Assembly: GCA_965231085.1 (NCBI GenBank)
Contig: OZ246413.1
Coordinates: 603,234-667,233, forward strand
DNA: 64,000 bases
Direction of reading: 5' to 3'
Source of the DNA: an uncultured Candidatus Saccharibacteria bacterium
GTDB lineage: Bacteria > Patescibacteriota > Saccharimonadia > Saccharimonadales > UBA10212
A model generated the notes under the pieces. That model searched no databases and was not told the DNA's origin. It saw nothing but the letters and a program-made list of their open reading frames with translations. Below are positions 8,577 to 18,592 of this stretch, in pieces (position 1 is the first letter of the stretch; each line of letters begins with the position of its first letter). The position numbers were made by a program, and so were the translations under genes.

Positions 8577-8628
8577 GAAAATATGAGCTTTTGGGCGAAG
8601 AATATAAGTAGTAATAGGAGGACTCACC

Positions 8629-9081
8629 GTGGAAGAAACTGACAAAAAAGACAGCAAGCAGCCAAGGTGGAAGTGGCCTCGATGGAAGAAGATAGTTACT
8701 GTTGTTGTTGGTCTAATAGTGGTTCTGATAATAGTAGCCTACACCGCTACGAGCGGGGTAGCTAAGGTAAGTAATGAGTTCTTAAAGGATGTTCAGGCAA
8801 GTAACGCCGATGCTGCTTACTCACTTTTTAGCAGAGAAGCTGCAGCCGTAACCGATAAGGCAACTCTTAAGACTGTGGTTGATAAATCTGGACCAATTTT
8901 GAACGCTCCGGCCAAGATGACCAGTCGTGAAGTTTCCGGTGAGACAGGGCAAGCAGGAACAGGCAAGGTTACATACGAGATAAAGGGGACTGACGGAATC
9001 ACCTACATTGTTACTATCAACTTAACTAAAGAAAATGGGGCGTGGAAAGTAATAAGTTTCGAAAGTGCTATCAAAAAGTAG
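8629..9081 (+). CDS. hypothetical membrane-anchored protein
   Basis: 150 aa with GTG start preceded by an AGGAGG RBS. One N-terminal TM helix (IVTVVVGLIVVLIIVAY) and a small extracytoplasmic domain. No family recognised. Confidence 0.6.
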   Translation: MEETDKKDSKQPRWKWPRWKKIVTVVVGLIVVLIIVAYTATSGVAKVSNEFLKDVQASNADAAYSLFSREAAAVTDKATLKTVVDKSGPILNAPAKMTSREVSGETGQAGTGKVTYEIKGTDGITYIVTINLTKENGAWKVISFESAIKK

Positions 9082-9118
9082 AGGACACCCCTAACCTCTT
9101 TTATATTTTTTAGTTTGG

Positions 9119-9937
9119 GTGGATAATAAGCTTATGCTTACGCCTATTTCACAAGTATTGAGTTTGCAGCAAAAAACCGCAATTATTACCGGCGGTGCTA
9201 TGGGTATAGGCCAAGGCATAGCGGCACGGCTGCATGAAGCCGGGGCTAACGTAGTTATTGCTGACCTTGATGAAACAGCGGCAGTTAGTTTTGCTAACCA
9301 ACTCGAGCAAGCTCGCCCAGGGTCTACGCTTGCGGCGGCTTGTGATGTTTCCAAAGCAGATGATGTAGCTAATCTAATTAAAACTACTTCTGATAAATTT
9401 GGCTCTATCGACATCCTAGTTAATAATGCCGGTATTTATCCGCCCTCACCCCTTGCCACAATGACTGAAGATCAATTTATGAAAGTGATTGATGTTAACT
9501 TGCGCGGGTGTTTTTTAACCATTAAACAAGTGTCCGAGCAGATGATTAAACAAGGCCGAGGTGGAAAAATTATTAATGTTACTTCTATAGATGCCTTGCA
9601 CCCATCGATGGTTGGCCTAGCCCACTATGACGCATCAAAACATGGTCTCTGGGGCTTTACCAAGAACGTTGCACTAGAGTTAGCTGAGCATAAAATTTGG
9701 GTTAACGCCATAGCACCAGGCGGCATAGCCACCCCGGGCGTTAGCAAAATGCAAGGACCATCTCAAGAAGGTTCAGATATGAAAGCCATCCAAGATGCAT
9801 TCCTTAAGAAGATACCCATGCACCGGATGGGCGAACCCGATGACATAGGCAGGGTTGCTCTATTTTTGGCTAGCGACTTAGCAAGCTATATGACTGGCGA
9901 GCAGATCGTGGTCGATGGCGGTGCTCTCTTAAGTTAA
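9119..9937 (+). CDS. SDR-family oxidoreductase (FabG-like)
   Basis: TGGAMGIGQG cofactor motif, NNAG, and catalytic YDASKHG. The start could instead be the ATG at 9134. Confidence 0.9.
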   Translation: MDNKLMLTPISQVLSLQQKTAIITGGAMGIGQGIAARLHEAGANVVIADLDETAAVSFANQLEQARPGSTLAAACDVSKADDVANLIKTTSDKFGSIDILVNNAGIYPPSPLATMTEDQFMKVIDVNLRGCFLTIKQVSEQMIKQGRGGKIINVTSIDALHPSMVGLAHYDASKHGLWGFTKNVALELAEHKIWVNAIAPGGIATPGVSKMQGPSQEGSDMKAIQDAFLKKIPMHRMGEPDDIGRVALFLASDLASYMTGEQIVVDGGALLS

Positions 9938-10413
9938 ACGACAAATTCGTTGTCTTTGGCCTTCTTTTTTAAAGCAGTCAGCCTGGGTATGAAAGCTTGC
10001 GAAGCTCCATCTAGGCCCAAGACCTTTAGTGCGCCTATTAAAACGTAGAGCTGGTCTAGTTCTCTTTCTACTACTTTGGGCGCTTTCTCGACATCCCGAA
10101 AAAACAATTCTACCTTTTTAACTAGCCATTTTTCTTCTGAGCTGCGCAACTGCTTTACCTCAATTGGGGCTGTTTCTTTTGAGTTATGATGAGGGTCTCT
10201 TATAATTTCGAGTGATCTTGCTGAATGATCACGCTTCACTAAATGACCACGCTTAATTAGGTTGTTTATATGGAGACTGACCGTTGCGACAGATGTGTAC
10301 CCCAGGCTCTTCATGATTTCACGATAGCTCGGGCTGTAACCATAGCGCTTAATAAACTCATCAACAAAAAGCAGCATTTCTTGTTGCTTCTTTGTTGGTC
10401 TAACGTTTGTCAT
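9934..10413 (-). CDS. LexA-type winged-helix DNA-binding domain protein lacking the S24 peptidase domain
   Basis: The N-terminus (KKQQEMLLFVDEFIKRYGYSPSYREIMKSLGYTSVATVSLHINNLIKRGHLVKR) follows the LexA DBD pattern. The 90-aa C-terminus has no Ser/Lys peptidase motifs. Confidence 0.7.
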   Translation of the reverse strand: MTNVRPTKKQQEMLLFVDEFIKRYGYSPSYREIMKSLGYTSVATVSLHINNLIKRGHLVKRDHSARSLEIIRDPHHNSKETAPIEVKQLRSSEEKWLVKKVELFFRDVEKAPKVVERELDQLYVLIGALKVLGLDGASQAFIPRLTALKKKAKDNEFVV

Positions 10414-10416
10414 TTA

Positions 10417-10890
10417 CTAAACCCCACTGTGGCCGTGCGCTCTATGCGTAAACAGCCTAGATAATTTTATTTGGAATTTCCTATTATCTAATTTGTCCGG
10501 GAATACCCAGAACCTATACCAAAAATAATTCCAGACAGTAAAGAAACCAGCGCTCACAAACTGTCCAAGATACGGTGTTAAACCAAGATTTCTAAGGCCT
10601 GCCACAATCAGATAATCCATGCCAAAATCTACCAGAGTAATAAATGCATATCTCCCGGTTACTCGAGTTTGGTGTTTTTTAAGATCCGAGTTATTGAAAA
10701 CCCAGAATCTTTGCAGCAAGTAGTTAACCGACCAGCCTACAACATTGGCAGAAAGTTTTGCCCACCATAAACTCCAGCCAAAAAATGACCAACAAAGAGC
10801 AAAAACTCCGTAGCCAGACCAGAAATAAGCACCGCCAGTAATTAGATACTCTGCAATCTGTATCCGGTGTTTATAAACTGAATTAGACAT
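10417..10890 (-). CDS. GtrA-family membrane protein
   Basis: 157 aa with 4 TM helices and GtrA-like motifs (YLITGGAYFWSGYGVF..., LQRFWVFNN, YRFWVF). Confidence 0.8.
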   Translation of the reverse strand: MSNSVYKHRIQIAEYLITGGAYFWSGYGVFALCWSFFGWSLWWAKLSANVVGWSVNYLLQRFWVFNNSDLKKHQTRVTGRYAFITLVDFGMDYLIVAGLRNLGLTPYLGQFVSAGFFTVWNYFWYRFWVFPDKLDNRKFQIKLSRLFTHRAHGHSGV

Positions 10891-12205
10891 TTGATTTCCT
10901 GGCTTGTCGATTGATAAGCGTCGGGGCTAGCGCGATACCTGCAAAGCCCCACCACAGCAGGCTCAGAGTGTCGTCGGTCCAGGCATGCGAAACTAGGTTT
11001 ATCAGACTAATTCCTATGAAACTAACCAGTAAAACCATAGCAAGACTATCAGATTTCTGTTGCCAGAGAGCCTTGAACACTAGTGCGCAAATGGCGATAA
11101 ACAGAACTAAGCCTTCTACCCCAACCTCTTGGCCGATTTGTAAATAATAATCTTCAGCAATTCTAGGCTGGTTTGGTGTATTCCTGAAAGAAGCCGGTCC
11201 AGCAGTTCCAGGGCCTCTTCCTAATGGCTGTCTTGAAGTAACATCCTTGAACGCATCTTTCATGAGCGAGGCCCTAAGCTTATCTGAACTCGGAACTGTA
11301 CTGGTGTTGTAGCCCGAGTGAAAAAAGATATTCTTTGTGGCCTGGTTAATCTTAGCTACGTAAGACAAACTCACTAAGCCTGCTATCAAAATGACGATTA
11401 GCAGCGGCCAAAATCTTTTTACTAAACTTTTAGCAAAATAAATACTAACTAAAGCTGCAAGAGTGAAAAATAATCCGATCCACGCGCTTCTTGAATACGA
11501 GAACCACAAACACAGTACCGCTCCGGCTAGAATCATAAATTTTACTAATATCCTGTTTTTCAGTGATACCAAAAACCCGGGAACAGCCAAGACTAAATAG
11601 GCTCCGAAGGGATTCGAGCCTCTAAAAGTCGAAATAATTCTGGCTAGGTTTATGTTATTGTCTACCGTTTGGTAGGTTGGGATAGTATGATATCCGTAAA
11701 AATATCTTAAGAAATCAACCGGTAGAACAAGCCGCTGTAATACCCCGAAAACTATAGTAATAACGGCCGGGATCAGTAATATTTTTTGCCAGGCTCTATG
11801 CAAGATATCGGTTTTGCTGGCAACGATTAGACATAATAAGAAAAAGCCAATAAAACGCAGATTTATTAATAGACCGTAGGCTAGAGCTGTTTTATTTACT
11901 TGATTATTTCTGTATGCCAGATAGCCAAAAACTAGATGGAGCAGAATGTAGGTAAAATAGAGCCACAGTATTTTTGATTTTAAAAGATTTTTTCTGAGAT
12001 TGGAGTCTCTAACTACTAGATATATCGCCGGGATAAATAAGCCAATGATCAAAATCTCGGCCCAGGTTCTGAAGAGATCTAGGTGACCAAAATTATTACC
12101 AGCCCATGAAGTTAGGAAAGCATGAAATGGCAGAAGAGAAAGAATCCCAGCAATGGACCAGGCGAGATAGTGAGCAATCTTTGTATCTGGCTCTGTGTTT
12201 TTCAT
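10883..12205 (-). CDS. O-antigen ligase/polymerase family (Wzy_C domain) membrane protein
   Basis: 440 aa, polytopic, with a central Wzy_C-like stretch (FSYSRSAWIGLFFTLAAL) and a large loop after it. Confidence 0.8.
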   Translation of the reverse strand: MKNTEPDTKIAHYLAWSIAGILSLLPFHAFLTSWAGNNFGHLDLFRTWAEILIIGLFIPAIYLVVRDSNLRKNLLKSKILWLYFTYILLHLVFGYLAYRNNQVNKTALAYGLLINLRFIGFFLLCLIVASKTDILHRAWQKILLIPAVITIVFGVLQRLVLPVDFLRYFYGYHTIPTYQTVDNNINLARIISTFRGSNPFGAYLVLAVPGFLVSLKNRILVKFMILAGAVLCLWFSYSRSAWIGLFFTLAALVSIYFAKSLVKRFWPLLIVILIAGLVSLSYVAKINQATKNIFFHSGYNTSTVPSSDKLRASLMKDAFKDVTSRQPLGRGPGTAGPASFRNTPNQPRIAEDYYLQIGQEVGVEGLVLFIAICALVFKALWQQKSDSLAMVLLVSFIGISLINLVSHAWTDDTLSLLWWGFAGIALAPTLINRQARKSNV

Positions 12206-12226
12206 AAGTGCTACAATCTAGTATAG

Positions 12227-13672
12227 ATGAAAAATAACATTTCGCTCATATATAGCTTGATACTTATGGTGGGCGATTTTCTGGCTTTAGTAGCGGCCTT
12301 TATTAGTGCTTACGTGTTGAGAGGCGATCTTAGTAATACTCCAGTTGCCCACCCAATCCCGTCGGGGACCTACGTTGGGGCGTTCTTCCTACTTTTGCCT
12401 TTCTGGATATTAATTTTTGCTTTGCTCGGTCTATATAGCAGCTCGATTCAAGAGAAAAGATTTAACGAACTTGGTAGATTATTCATTGGCTCGTTTGTGG
12501 GGCTGTTGTTCGTAATTAGTTATGGCTACGCCGTCAATAGACAGATATTCCCTGCTCGCTTGGTGCCAGTTTACGGTTTTAGCTTAGCGTTCATATTCTT
12601 ACTGTCATATAGAAATTTGGCTCGCGAAATCAGAGCTTATTTGTATCGTTACGACATAGGTATTACCAATCTGCTGATTGTTGGAAATACCAAGGTTAGC
12701 ACTGAGCTTGTGGCTGGCCTTCAAAATAGCAAAATATCAGGCTACAGAATAATCGGAATGGTTGGGGCCAATAATACGACAATAAAAAAATACCCTCACA
12801 TTAAGAACTTTGAATCATTTGACGTGGCTATAAAAAATTTAAAAACCAGTGACATCCATAGCATTGTGCAGACGGAGCTCTACTCTGACCAATTAAAAAA
12901 TAGCGAGATACTCGAGTTCGCCCAAACTAACCATATCGCTTATCGGTTTGTACCTGGCAACGCTGAGTTGTTTGTTGGCAACATCGCGGTTGAACTGTTC
13001 CGCTCATCAATCCCGGTGATCGCCGTCCATCAAACCGCCTTAATTGGCTGGGGGAGAATTGTTAAGCGCTTAACTGACGTAGTCTTTGGTGGCATAGCCT
13101 TAGTAATAGCTATTCCGTTTATGGGTATCGTGGCTGTACTTATAAAAATATTTGATTCTAACGGTCCGATACTGCGTAAGGACCCTAGGCTCACACGTTT
13201 TGGTAATACGGTTAGAGTTTATAAGTTTAGAACTCATCTGAAGGCCTATGATGGTCTTACGCCAGAACAAGCTTTTACTAAAATGGGCAAGCCCGAATTA
13301 ATAAAAGAGTACCGGGCTAATGGCGACCAGCTAGCAAAGGATCCTAGAGTTAGTAAGATTGGGGCTATCCTGCGCAGTACTAGCCTGGATGAATTACCTC
13401 AACTATTTAATGTCGTTAAGGGTGATATTAGTTTGGTGGGTCCTCGTGCGTTGCAAGCGCACGAGCTAGATAAGTATGCAAAGAAGGATCTGATTTTGGC
13501 TGTTAAGTCAGGTTTGACTGGCCTTGCCCAGGTTTCCGGGAGAAGAGAAATCAGTTTTGAGGAACGCCGAAAGCTTGACTTATACTATGTGCAGAATTGG
13601 AGTTTCTGGTTAGACATAATCATTATGATTAAAACTGTTCGAGTTGTGATTAAAGGTATTGGAGCCAAATAA
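12227..13672 (+). CDS. polyprenyl-phosphate glycosyl-1-phosphate transferase (WbaP/WsaP-like initiating sugar transferase)
   Basis: 481 aa with N-terminal TM helices. The C-terminal bacterial sugar transferase domain carries LDELPQLFNVVKGDISLVGPRA. Confidence 0.9.
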   Translation: MKNNISLIYSLILMVGDFLALVAAFISAYVLRGDLSNTPVAHPIPSGTYVGAFFLLLPFWILIFALLGLYSSSIQEKRFNELGRLFIGSFVGLLFVISYGYAVNRQIFPARLVPVYGFSLAFIFLLSYRNLAREIRAYLYRYDIGITNLLIVGNTKVSTELVAGLQNSKISGYRIIGMVGANNTTIKKYPHIKNFESFDVAIKNLKTSDIHSIVQTELYSDQLKNSEILEFAQTNHIAYRFVPGNAELFVGNIAVELFRSSIPVIAVHQTALIGWGRIVKRLTDVVFGGIALVIAIPFMGIVAVLIKIFDSNGPILRKDPRLTRFGNTVRVYKFRTHLKAYDGLTPEQAFTKMGKPELIKEYRANGDQLAKDPRVSKIGAILRSTSLDELPQLFNVVKGDISLVGPRALQAHELDKYAKKDLILAVKSGLTGLAQVSGRREISFEERRKLDLYYVQNWSFWLDIIIMIKTVRVVIKGIGAK

Positions 13673-13675
13673 AAG

Positions 13676-14620
13676 GTGAACGATTTTTTTGTTTATACCG
13701 AGATAGTTAGGTGCGGCGAAATTGGCGTGATTGCACTGAGATCTTTCTATGCATACCACCCTGATGTGGTAGTACACGTTTACGGGCTGGAAAGTGATAG
13801 ATGGGCTGTAAAGGAATTTAAAAAGGTTGTTTATCATAGCCTAGATAAGCCAGATCCCAAAATCGAACCATGGGGAGATAAGGGCATTATCGAGAAGTTC
13901 AAAATGAGAAAACGTAGTAAAACCATTGCTGCTAATTTCGACCATGGTCATCTCGGTACAGCTAGCCTATGGGCCAATATTATCCAAACTCGTCCAGAGA
14001 GATATTTAATTCACTTCGATAGCGACGTAGTGTTTAGAGCACCTGCCCTAGACGACATAGTGTCTAGATTAAAAAACGGTTACGACCTTGTTGGCACAAT
14101 GCGTAATTATAAAAATAATCCGCATAAAGTGGCCGGTATCCGCGGGTACAAAGATTTAACCCAAACCTGCTTTTTTGGCTTCGACAAAACTAAAATATCA
14201 CCTCAACCATATGACATCTTGACTAAAATGTGTCAGGGCACCTACAACCCCAAAGGTTTTCAGGTTCTAGATTTCTTTGATCCGGTATCGTTCGATATGC
14301 TTGATAATGGCGCAAAGATATATCATTTGTCGGTCGATGATTACGGTGGCTGGACTGAAGCCGGGGATCGTAAGAACAAGTATAACGAGGTTAATGCTAT
14401 CGTTGACTTTGGTAAAAAATTCTCTCATTTTTCGGCCGTTGGTTCGGGTCTAAATTTTTACAAAAACCGAGGCAAAATTACGGATGTCCCGGGTATCTAC
14501 ATTCAATACTCATTGGAAAAATATGCCATTTATGCGAAGCTTTTTTATGATAAAGATATTGGCGAGCCTTATGACGAGAATAAATATAAGCCTTTGTTTA
14601 AAGTAAAAAAATGGTACTAA
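13676..14620 (+). CDS. hypothetical protein, possible GT-A-fold glycosyltransferase
   Basis: 314 aa, GTG start. There is a DxD-like HFDSDVVF motif and the gene sits in the glycan operon. Family not recognised. Confidence 0.5.
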   Translation: MNDFFVYTEIVRCGEIGVIALRSFYAYHPDVVVHVYGLESDRWAVKEFKKVVYHSLDKPDPKIEPWGDKGIIEKFKMRKRSKTIAANFDHGHLGTASLWANIIQTRPERYLIHFDSDVVFRAPALDDIVSRLKNGYDLVGTMRNYKNNPHKVAGIRGYKDLTQTCFFGFDKTKISPQPYDILTKMCQGTYNPKGFQVLDFFDPVSFDMLDNGAKIYHLSVDDYGGWTEAGDRKNKYNEVNAIVDFGKKFSHFSAVGSGLNFYKNRGKITDVPGIYIQYSLEKYAIYAKLFYDKDIGEPYDENKYKPLFKVKKWY

Positions 14621-14624
14621 AAAA

Positions 14625-15725
14625 ATGAAAGTAGCTATTGTCTGCGACTGGCTAACGGGAACCGGTGGTGCTGAACGAGTTGTCTTAGAGCTCCACAAGT
14701 TATATCCTGAAGCCCCTATTTATACGTCACAATATGACAGCAACCCGAAGATTTGGCATGGTGAGGAATGGTTCAAAGATGCCGATATTAGGACTACCTG
14801 GCTACAAAAATTTCCAAAAAGTCTAAAAAAATTTTTACCAATTTTTAGAGCCTTAGCTTTTAGCCGTCTCGACCTAAGCCAGTACGACCTGATAATTTCA
14901 TCAAGTGGAGCCGAAGCTAAGGGAGTCAATAAAGCTAAAAACGCGATTCATATAAATTACTGTCATTCACCGACCCATTACTACTGGATGCGGTACGACG
15001 ATTACCTAGCTAACCCAGGGTTTGGACGATTAGACTTTCTGGCAAGAATTGCTTTAAAAATTTTGGTTGGGCCGCTTCGCAAATGGGACTACAAAGCTGC
15101 TCAAAAGCCAGATTTTATAATTGCCAACTCCAACCACACAAAATCTATGATCAAGAAGTATTATGATCGTGAGGCACAGGTAATACACCCGCCTGTCGAT
15201 ATTAATAGATTTAAGTTGGACGTTGACGAGCCAAGACGCGGCTACGTGACTGCGGGCCGACAAACACCCTATAAGAAAATTGGTCTGGTAGTTCAGGCCT
15301 TTTCCGAACTAGATTCTCCACTCCTCGTACTAGGCAATGGGCCTGATCACTCCAAGCTCAAAAGAATTGCAACTCGAAATGTTACTTTTATAAAGCGACC
15401 AAGCGACGAGCAGGTTGCCCACTATTTTAAGACCTCTGTTGGATTTATCTTCCCCGGTTTGGACGATTTCGGGATAGTAGCTGTCGAAGCTCTGGCAGCC
15501 GGTACCCCCGTGATAGCGTATAAAGCTGGCGGCGCACTGGATTATGTAAATTCCGATAATGGCATATTCTTTGATACTCAGGATGTACCGAGTTTAGTTA
15601 GTGCAATTAAAAAATTTGAGTCTAGATCTTTTAGTCACACCAAAGTGACTCAGTCGGCTCAGCAATTTTCGCCGGAAATTTTTCAACAAAAAATTAAGCA
15701 AGTAGTCAAGAAACTGGTATCTTAA
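14625..15725 (+). CDS. glycosyltransferase family 4 (GT-B, group 1)
   Basis: 366 aa. N-terminus MKVAIVCDWLTGTGGAERV and a C-terminal EX7E-like region (DDFGIVAVEALAAGTPVIA). Confidence 0.85.
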   Translation: MKVAIVCDWLTGTGGAERVVLELHKLYPEAPIYTSQYDSNPKIWHGEEWFKDADIRTTWLQKFPKSLKKFLPIFRALAFSRLDLSQYDLIISSSGAEAKGVNKAKNAIHINYCHSPTHYYWMRYDDYLANPGFGRLDFLARIALKILVGPLRKWDYKAAQKPDFIIANSNHTKSMIKKYYDREAQVIHPPVDINRFKLDVDEPRRGYVTAGRQTPYKKIGLVVQAFSELDSPLLVLGNGPDHSKLKRIATRNVTFIKRPSDEQVAHYFKTSVGFIFPGLDDFGIVAVEALAAGTPVIAYKAGGALDYVNSDNGIFFDTQDVPSLVSAIKKFESRSFSHTKVTQSAQQFSPEIFQQKIKQVVKKLVS

Positions 15726-15732
15726 TCTAGGT

Positions 15733-17565
15733 ATGTGTGGAATTGTTGGATACATTGGCAATAAGAATGCGCTCGAACCGGTAATTTCTGGCCTTAAGTC
15801 TCTAGAGTACCGGGGCTATGATTCAGCGGGAGTTGCTTTTATAAATAAGCTTGAGGCCGAATCCATAAAACAGGTCGGAAGAGTCGAAGAATTAGAAAAA
15901 ATACTCAAAAAAAAGACTAAAAATCTAAAGCCTGATGTGGCTATTGGGCATACCCGCTGGGCAACTCACGGCGCCCCAACTCTCATAAATGCCCACCCTC
16001 ACAGCAATACCGACAGAACTATCTTTGTTGTTCACAATGGTATTGTTGAGAATTACTCGGAAATAAAAACAAAGCTCGAAAGTCTTGGCTACAATTTTAT
16101 TTCACAAACCGACACAGAGGTCGTCCCCCATCTCATAGATTACAACCTTAAGCAGGGCTTAAATTTTGAACAAGCCTTTGAAAAAACTCTCCAGGAGCTC
16201 CGTGGTGCTTATGCATTCGCGGCAATCACTACACTTGAGCCGGACGTAATATATGCGGCTAGGCTTTCCAGTCCGTTAATACTGGGTGTTGGTAAGAAAG
16301 AATATATTCTGGCCTCCGATCCAACGGCTGTCATGGAGCACACCAAAAATGTTGTCTATCTAGATGACTTCGAGATGGTCAAGATCGATCGCAAAGGCTA
16401 CAAAATAAGGAATATTAAGCGCGCCAAAGCAGTCACGCGACAAGCCGAGGAATTGGATTTTGATTTTGAACAAGCTCAGCTCGGTGACTTCCCTGATTAT
16501 ATGTTAAAGGAAATATATGAAGCTCCTCAAACAATTCGCTCGGCTACTCTTGGACGAATCCAACCAAAATACTCTACGGTTAAACTCGGTGGTCTAGACA
16601 GCGTCGAGCAGCAGCTAAAATATATAGATCGAATGATTATCGTAGCTTGCGGGACCTCCTACTATGCCGGGCTCGTCGGCGAGTATCTGATTGAGGAACT
16701 AGCCGGGATACCTGTGGAGGTACAGCTTGCTTCTGAATTTAAGTACCGTAACGAGCCGCTTTCAAGAAGCACCGCAGTTATGGCAATATCCCAATCTGGG
16801 GAAACAGCCGATACCATTGCCGCCCTGAAAAAAATTGAAGACTACGGAATATTACGACTTGGCGTTGTTAACGCGGCTGGCTCAACAATCGCTCGTCTAA
16901 CTGACGCCGGTGTATATTTACACGCCGGTCCAGAACAAGCTGTGGCCTCCACGAAAGCCTTTATCGCCCAAGTTACGGTACTTTCTTTGATCGCCCTGCA
17001 TTTGAGTAAAGGGACTTCTAATCTGACCAAACCCCTAATAAAAGAGCTTGATGATCTGCCCCGTAAAGCTGAGCAGGTTCTAGCAAAAGCCAAAGAGATT
17101 GAGAAACTAGCTGAGAAATATAGCCATTTTAAAGACTTTTTATACATTGGCCGCCGTTATGGCTACCCATGCGCACTCGAGGGAGCTCTAAAACTTAAAG
17201 AAATTTCCTATATACACGCTGAGGGCTATGCCGCCGGTGAGATGAAACACGGACCACTAGCCATGATTGATAAAAGCTTTGCAACGTTAGCTATTGCACC
17301 AGACGGCAGCCTAAAAGATAAAACTTATTCAAATATTCAGGAAATTAAAGCTCGTAGCGGACCAGTACTGGCTATCGCGACTGAAGGCAATAAGTCCATA
17401 GCCAAATTAGTAGACGATGTTATTTACATTCCTAAAACTTTGGAACAAACTCAACCAATCCTTGTCGCCATCGTAATGCAGCTGTTTTCTTACTACGCTG
17501 CCAAAAAACTTGGTAAGAATGTTGATAGACCGCGCAATTTAGCAAAGTCGGTTACGGTAGAATAG
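15733..17565 (+). CDS. glmS: glutamine--fructose-6-phosphate aminotransferase (isomerizing)
   Basis: 610 aa. MCGIVGYIG N-terminal nucleophile, two SIS domains, and a C-terminal KSVTVE. Confidence 0.97.
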   Translation: MCGIVGYIGNKNALEPVISGLKSLEYRGYDSAGVAFINKLEAESIKQVGRVEELEKILKKKTKNLKPDVAIGHTRWATHGAPTLINAHPHSNTDRTIFVVHNGIVENYSEIKTKLESLGYNFISQTDTEVVPHLIDYNLKQGLNFEQAFEKTLQELRGAYAFAAITTLEPDVIYAARLSSPLILGVGKKEYILASDPTAVMEHTKNVVYLDDFEMVKIDRKGYKIRNIKRAKAVTRQAEELDFDFEQAQLGDFPDYMLKEIYEAPQTIRSATLGRIQPKYSTVKLGGLDSVEQQLKYIDRMIIVACGTSYYAGLVGEYLIEELAGIPVEVQLASEFKYRNEPLSRSTAVMAISQSGETADTIAALKKIEDYGILRLGVVNAAGSTIARLTDAGVYLHAGPEQAVASTKAFIAQVTVLSLIALHLSKGTSNLTKPLIKELDDLPRKAEQVLAKAKEIEKLAEKYSHFKDFLYIGRRYGYPCALEGALKLKEISYIHAEGYAAGEMKHGPLAMIDKSFATLAIAPDGSLKDKTYSNIQEIKARSGPVLAIATEGNKSIAKLVDDVIYIPKTLEQTQPILVAIVMQLFSYYAAKKLGKNVDRPRNLAKSVTVE

Positions 17566-17569
17566 AAGT

Positions 17570-18592
17570 ATGGCACTGAAAAATATATTAGTTACTGGTG
17601 GCGCGGGATATATAGGATCACATACAGCCGTCGAGTTAGTCGAAGCTGGTTACAACCCAATTGTTCTAGATAACTTCAGCAATTCTTCTAAAGAAGTTTT
17701 GAAAAAAATTGAGGAGATTGTTGGTAAAGATATTACTTTTTACGAAGGCGACTATCAGGACAAACAGCTCCTCAGAAAAATATTTGATGATACCCAAATC
17801 GACGGTGTTATTCATTTTGCTGCCTACAAAGCAGTCGGGGAGTCGGTAAATGAACCCCTAAAATACTATGATAACAATGTTGCCGGCCTAATAAGCTTGC
17901 TGGAATTCATGGAACAATCTAAAGTATCAAACTTTGTTTTTTCGTCATCCTGCGTTGTTTATGGTAACCCCGATAAATTACCCGTAACTGAAGATAGTCC
18001 GGTAAAGCCGGCGGTTTCGCCCTATGGCTCAACCAAGCAGATGTGCGAAACAATTATTAAAGACACGGCTTATGTAAGTAAGGGTCTTAGAGCGCTAGCT
18101 CTGCGCTACTTTAACCCAGTGGGGGCACATCCTTCGGCAAAAATAGGCGAGCTTCCGATCGGTGTACCAGCTAATCTCGTTCCGCTTGTGACTCAAACCG
18201 CAGCGGGTATTCGCCCCGAGTTAACAGTTTTTGGCAATGACTACCCAACTAGTGACGGTACCAATATTCGCGATTACATCCATGTAGTTGATCTTGCTAA
18301 AGCCCACGTTAAAGCCTTGGAAGTGCTTGATAGGAAAGGCCCAGGTTTCTACGATTTTATTAATGTAGGTACCGGCAAAGGCAGTAGTGTTTTGGAGGTA
18401 ATCAATACCTTTGAGTCAGCAACGGGTGTTAAATTAAAATATAAAATTGGTCAACGCCGACCCGGTGATGTAGTTGCAACCTACGCTAGCTGCGATAAGG
18501 CCAACAAGGAGCTTGGCTGGGAGGCTCAGAAGTCTTTGGCTGATGCTTTGATAGATGCTTGGCGCTGGCAGCAGACTTTAGCTAACAAATAG
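17570..18592 (+). CDS. galE: UDP-glucose 4-epimerase
   Basis: 340 aa. GGAGYIGSH Rossmann motif, YGSTK catalytic motif, and typical GalE length and C-terminus. Confidence 0.93.
   Translation: MALKNILVTGGAGYIGSHTAVELVEAGYNPIVLDNFSNSSKEVLKKIEEIVGKDITFYEGDYQDKQLLRKIFDDTQIDGVIHFAAYKAVGESVNEPLKYYDNNVAGLISLLEFMEQSKVSNFVFSSSCVVYGNPDKLPVTEDSPVKPAVSPYGSTKQMCETIIKDTAYVSKGLRALALRYFNPVGAHPSAKIGELPIGVPANLVPLVTQTAAGIRPELTVFGNDYPTSDGTNIRDYIHVVDLAKAHVKALEVLDRKGPGFYDFINVGTGKGSSVLEVINTFESATGVKLKYKIGQRRPGDVVATYASCDKANKELGWEAQKSLADALIDAWRWQQTLANK

Noticed and set aside
15726-15732. glmS ribozyme upstream of glmS
   Set aside because: Only 7 nt separate the upstream GT4 stop from the glmS ATG, which leaves no room for the ribozyme of about 170 nt.
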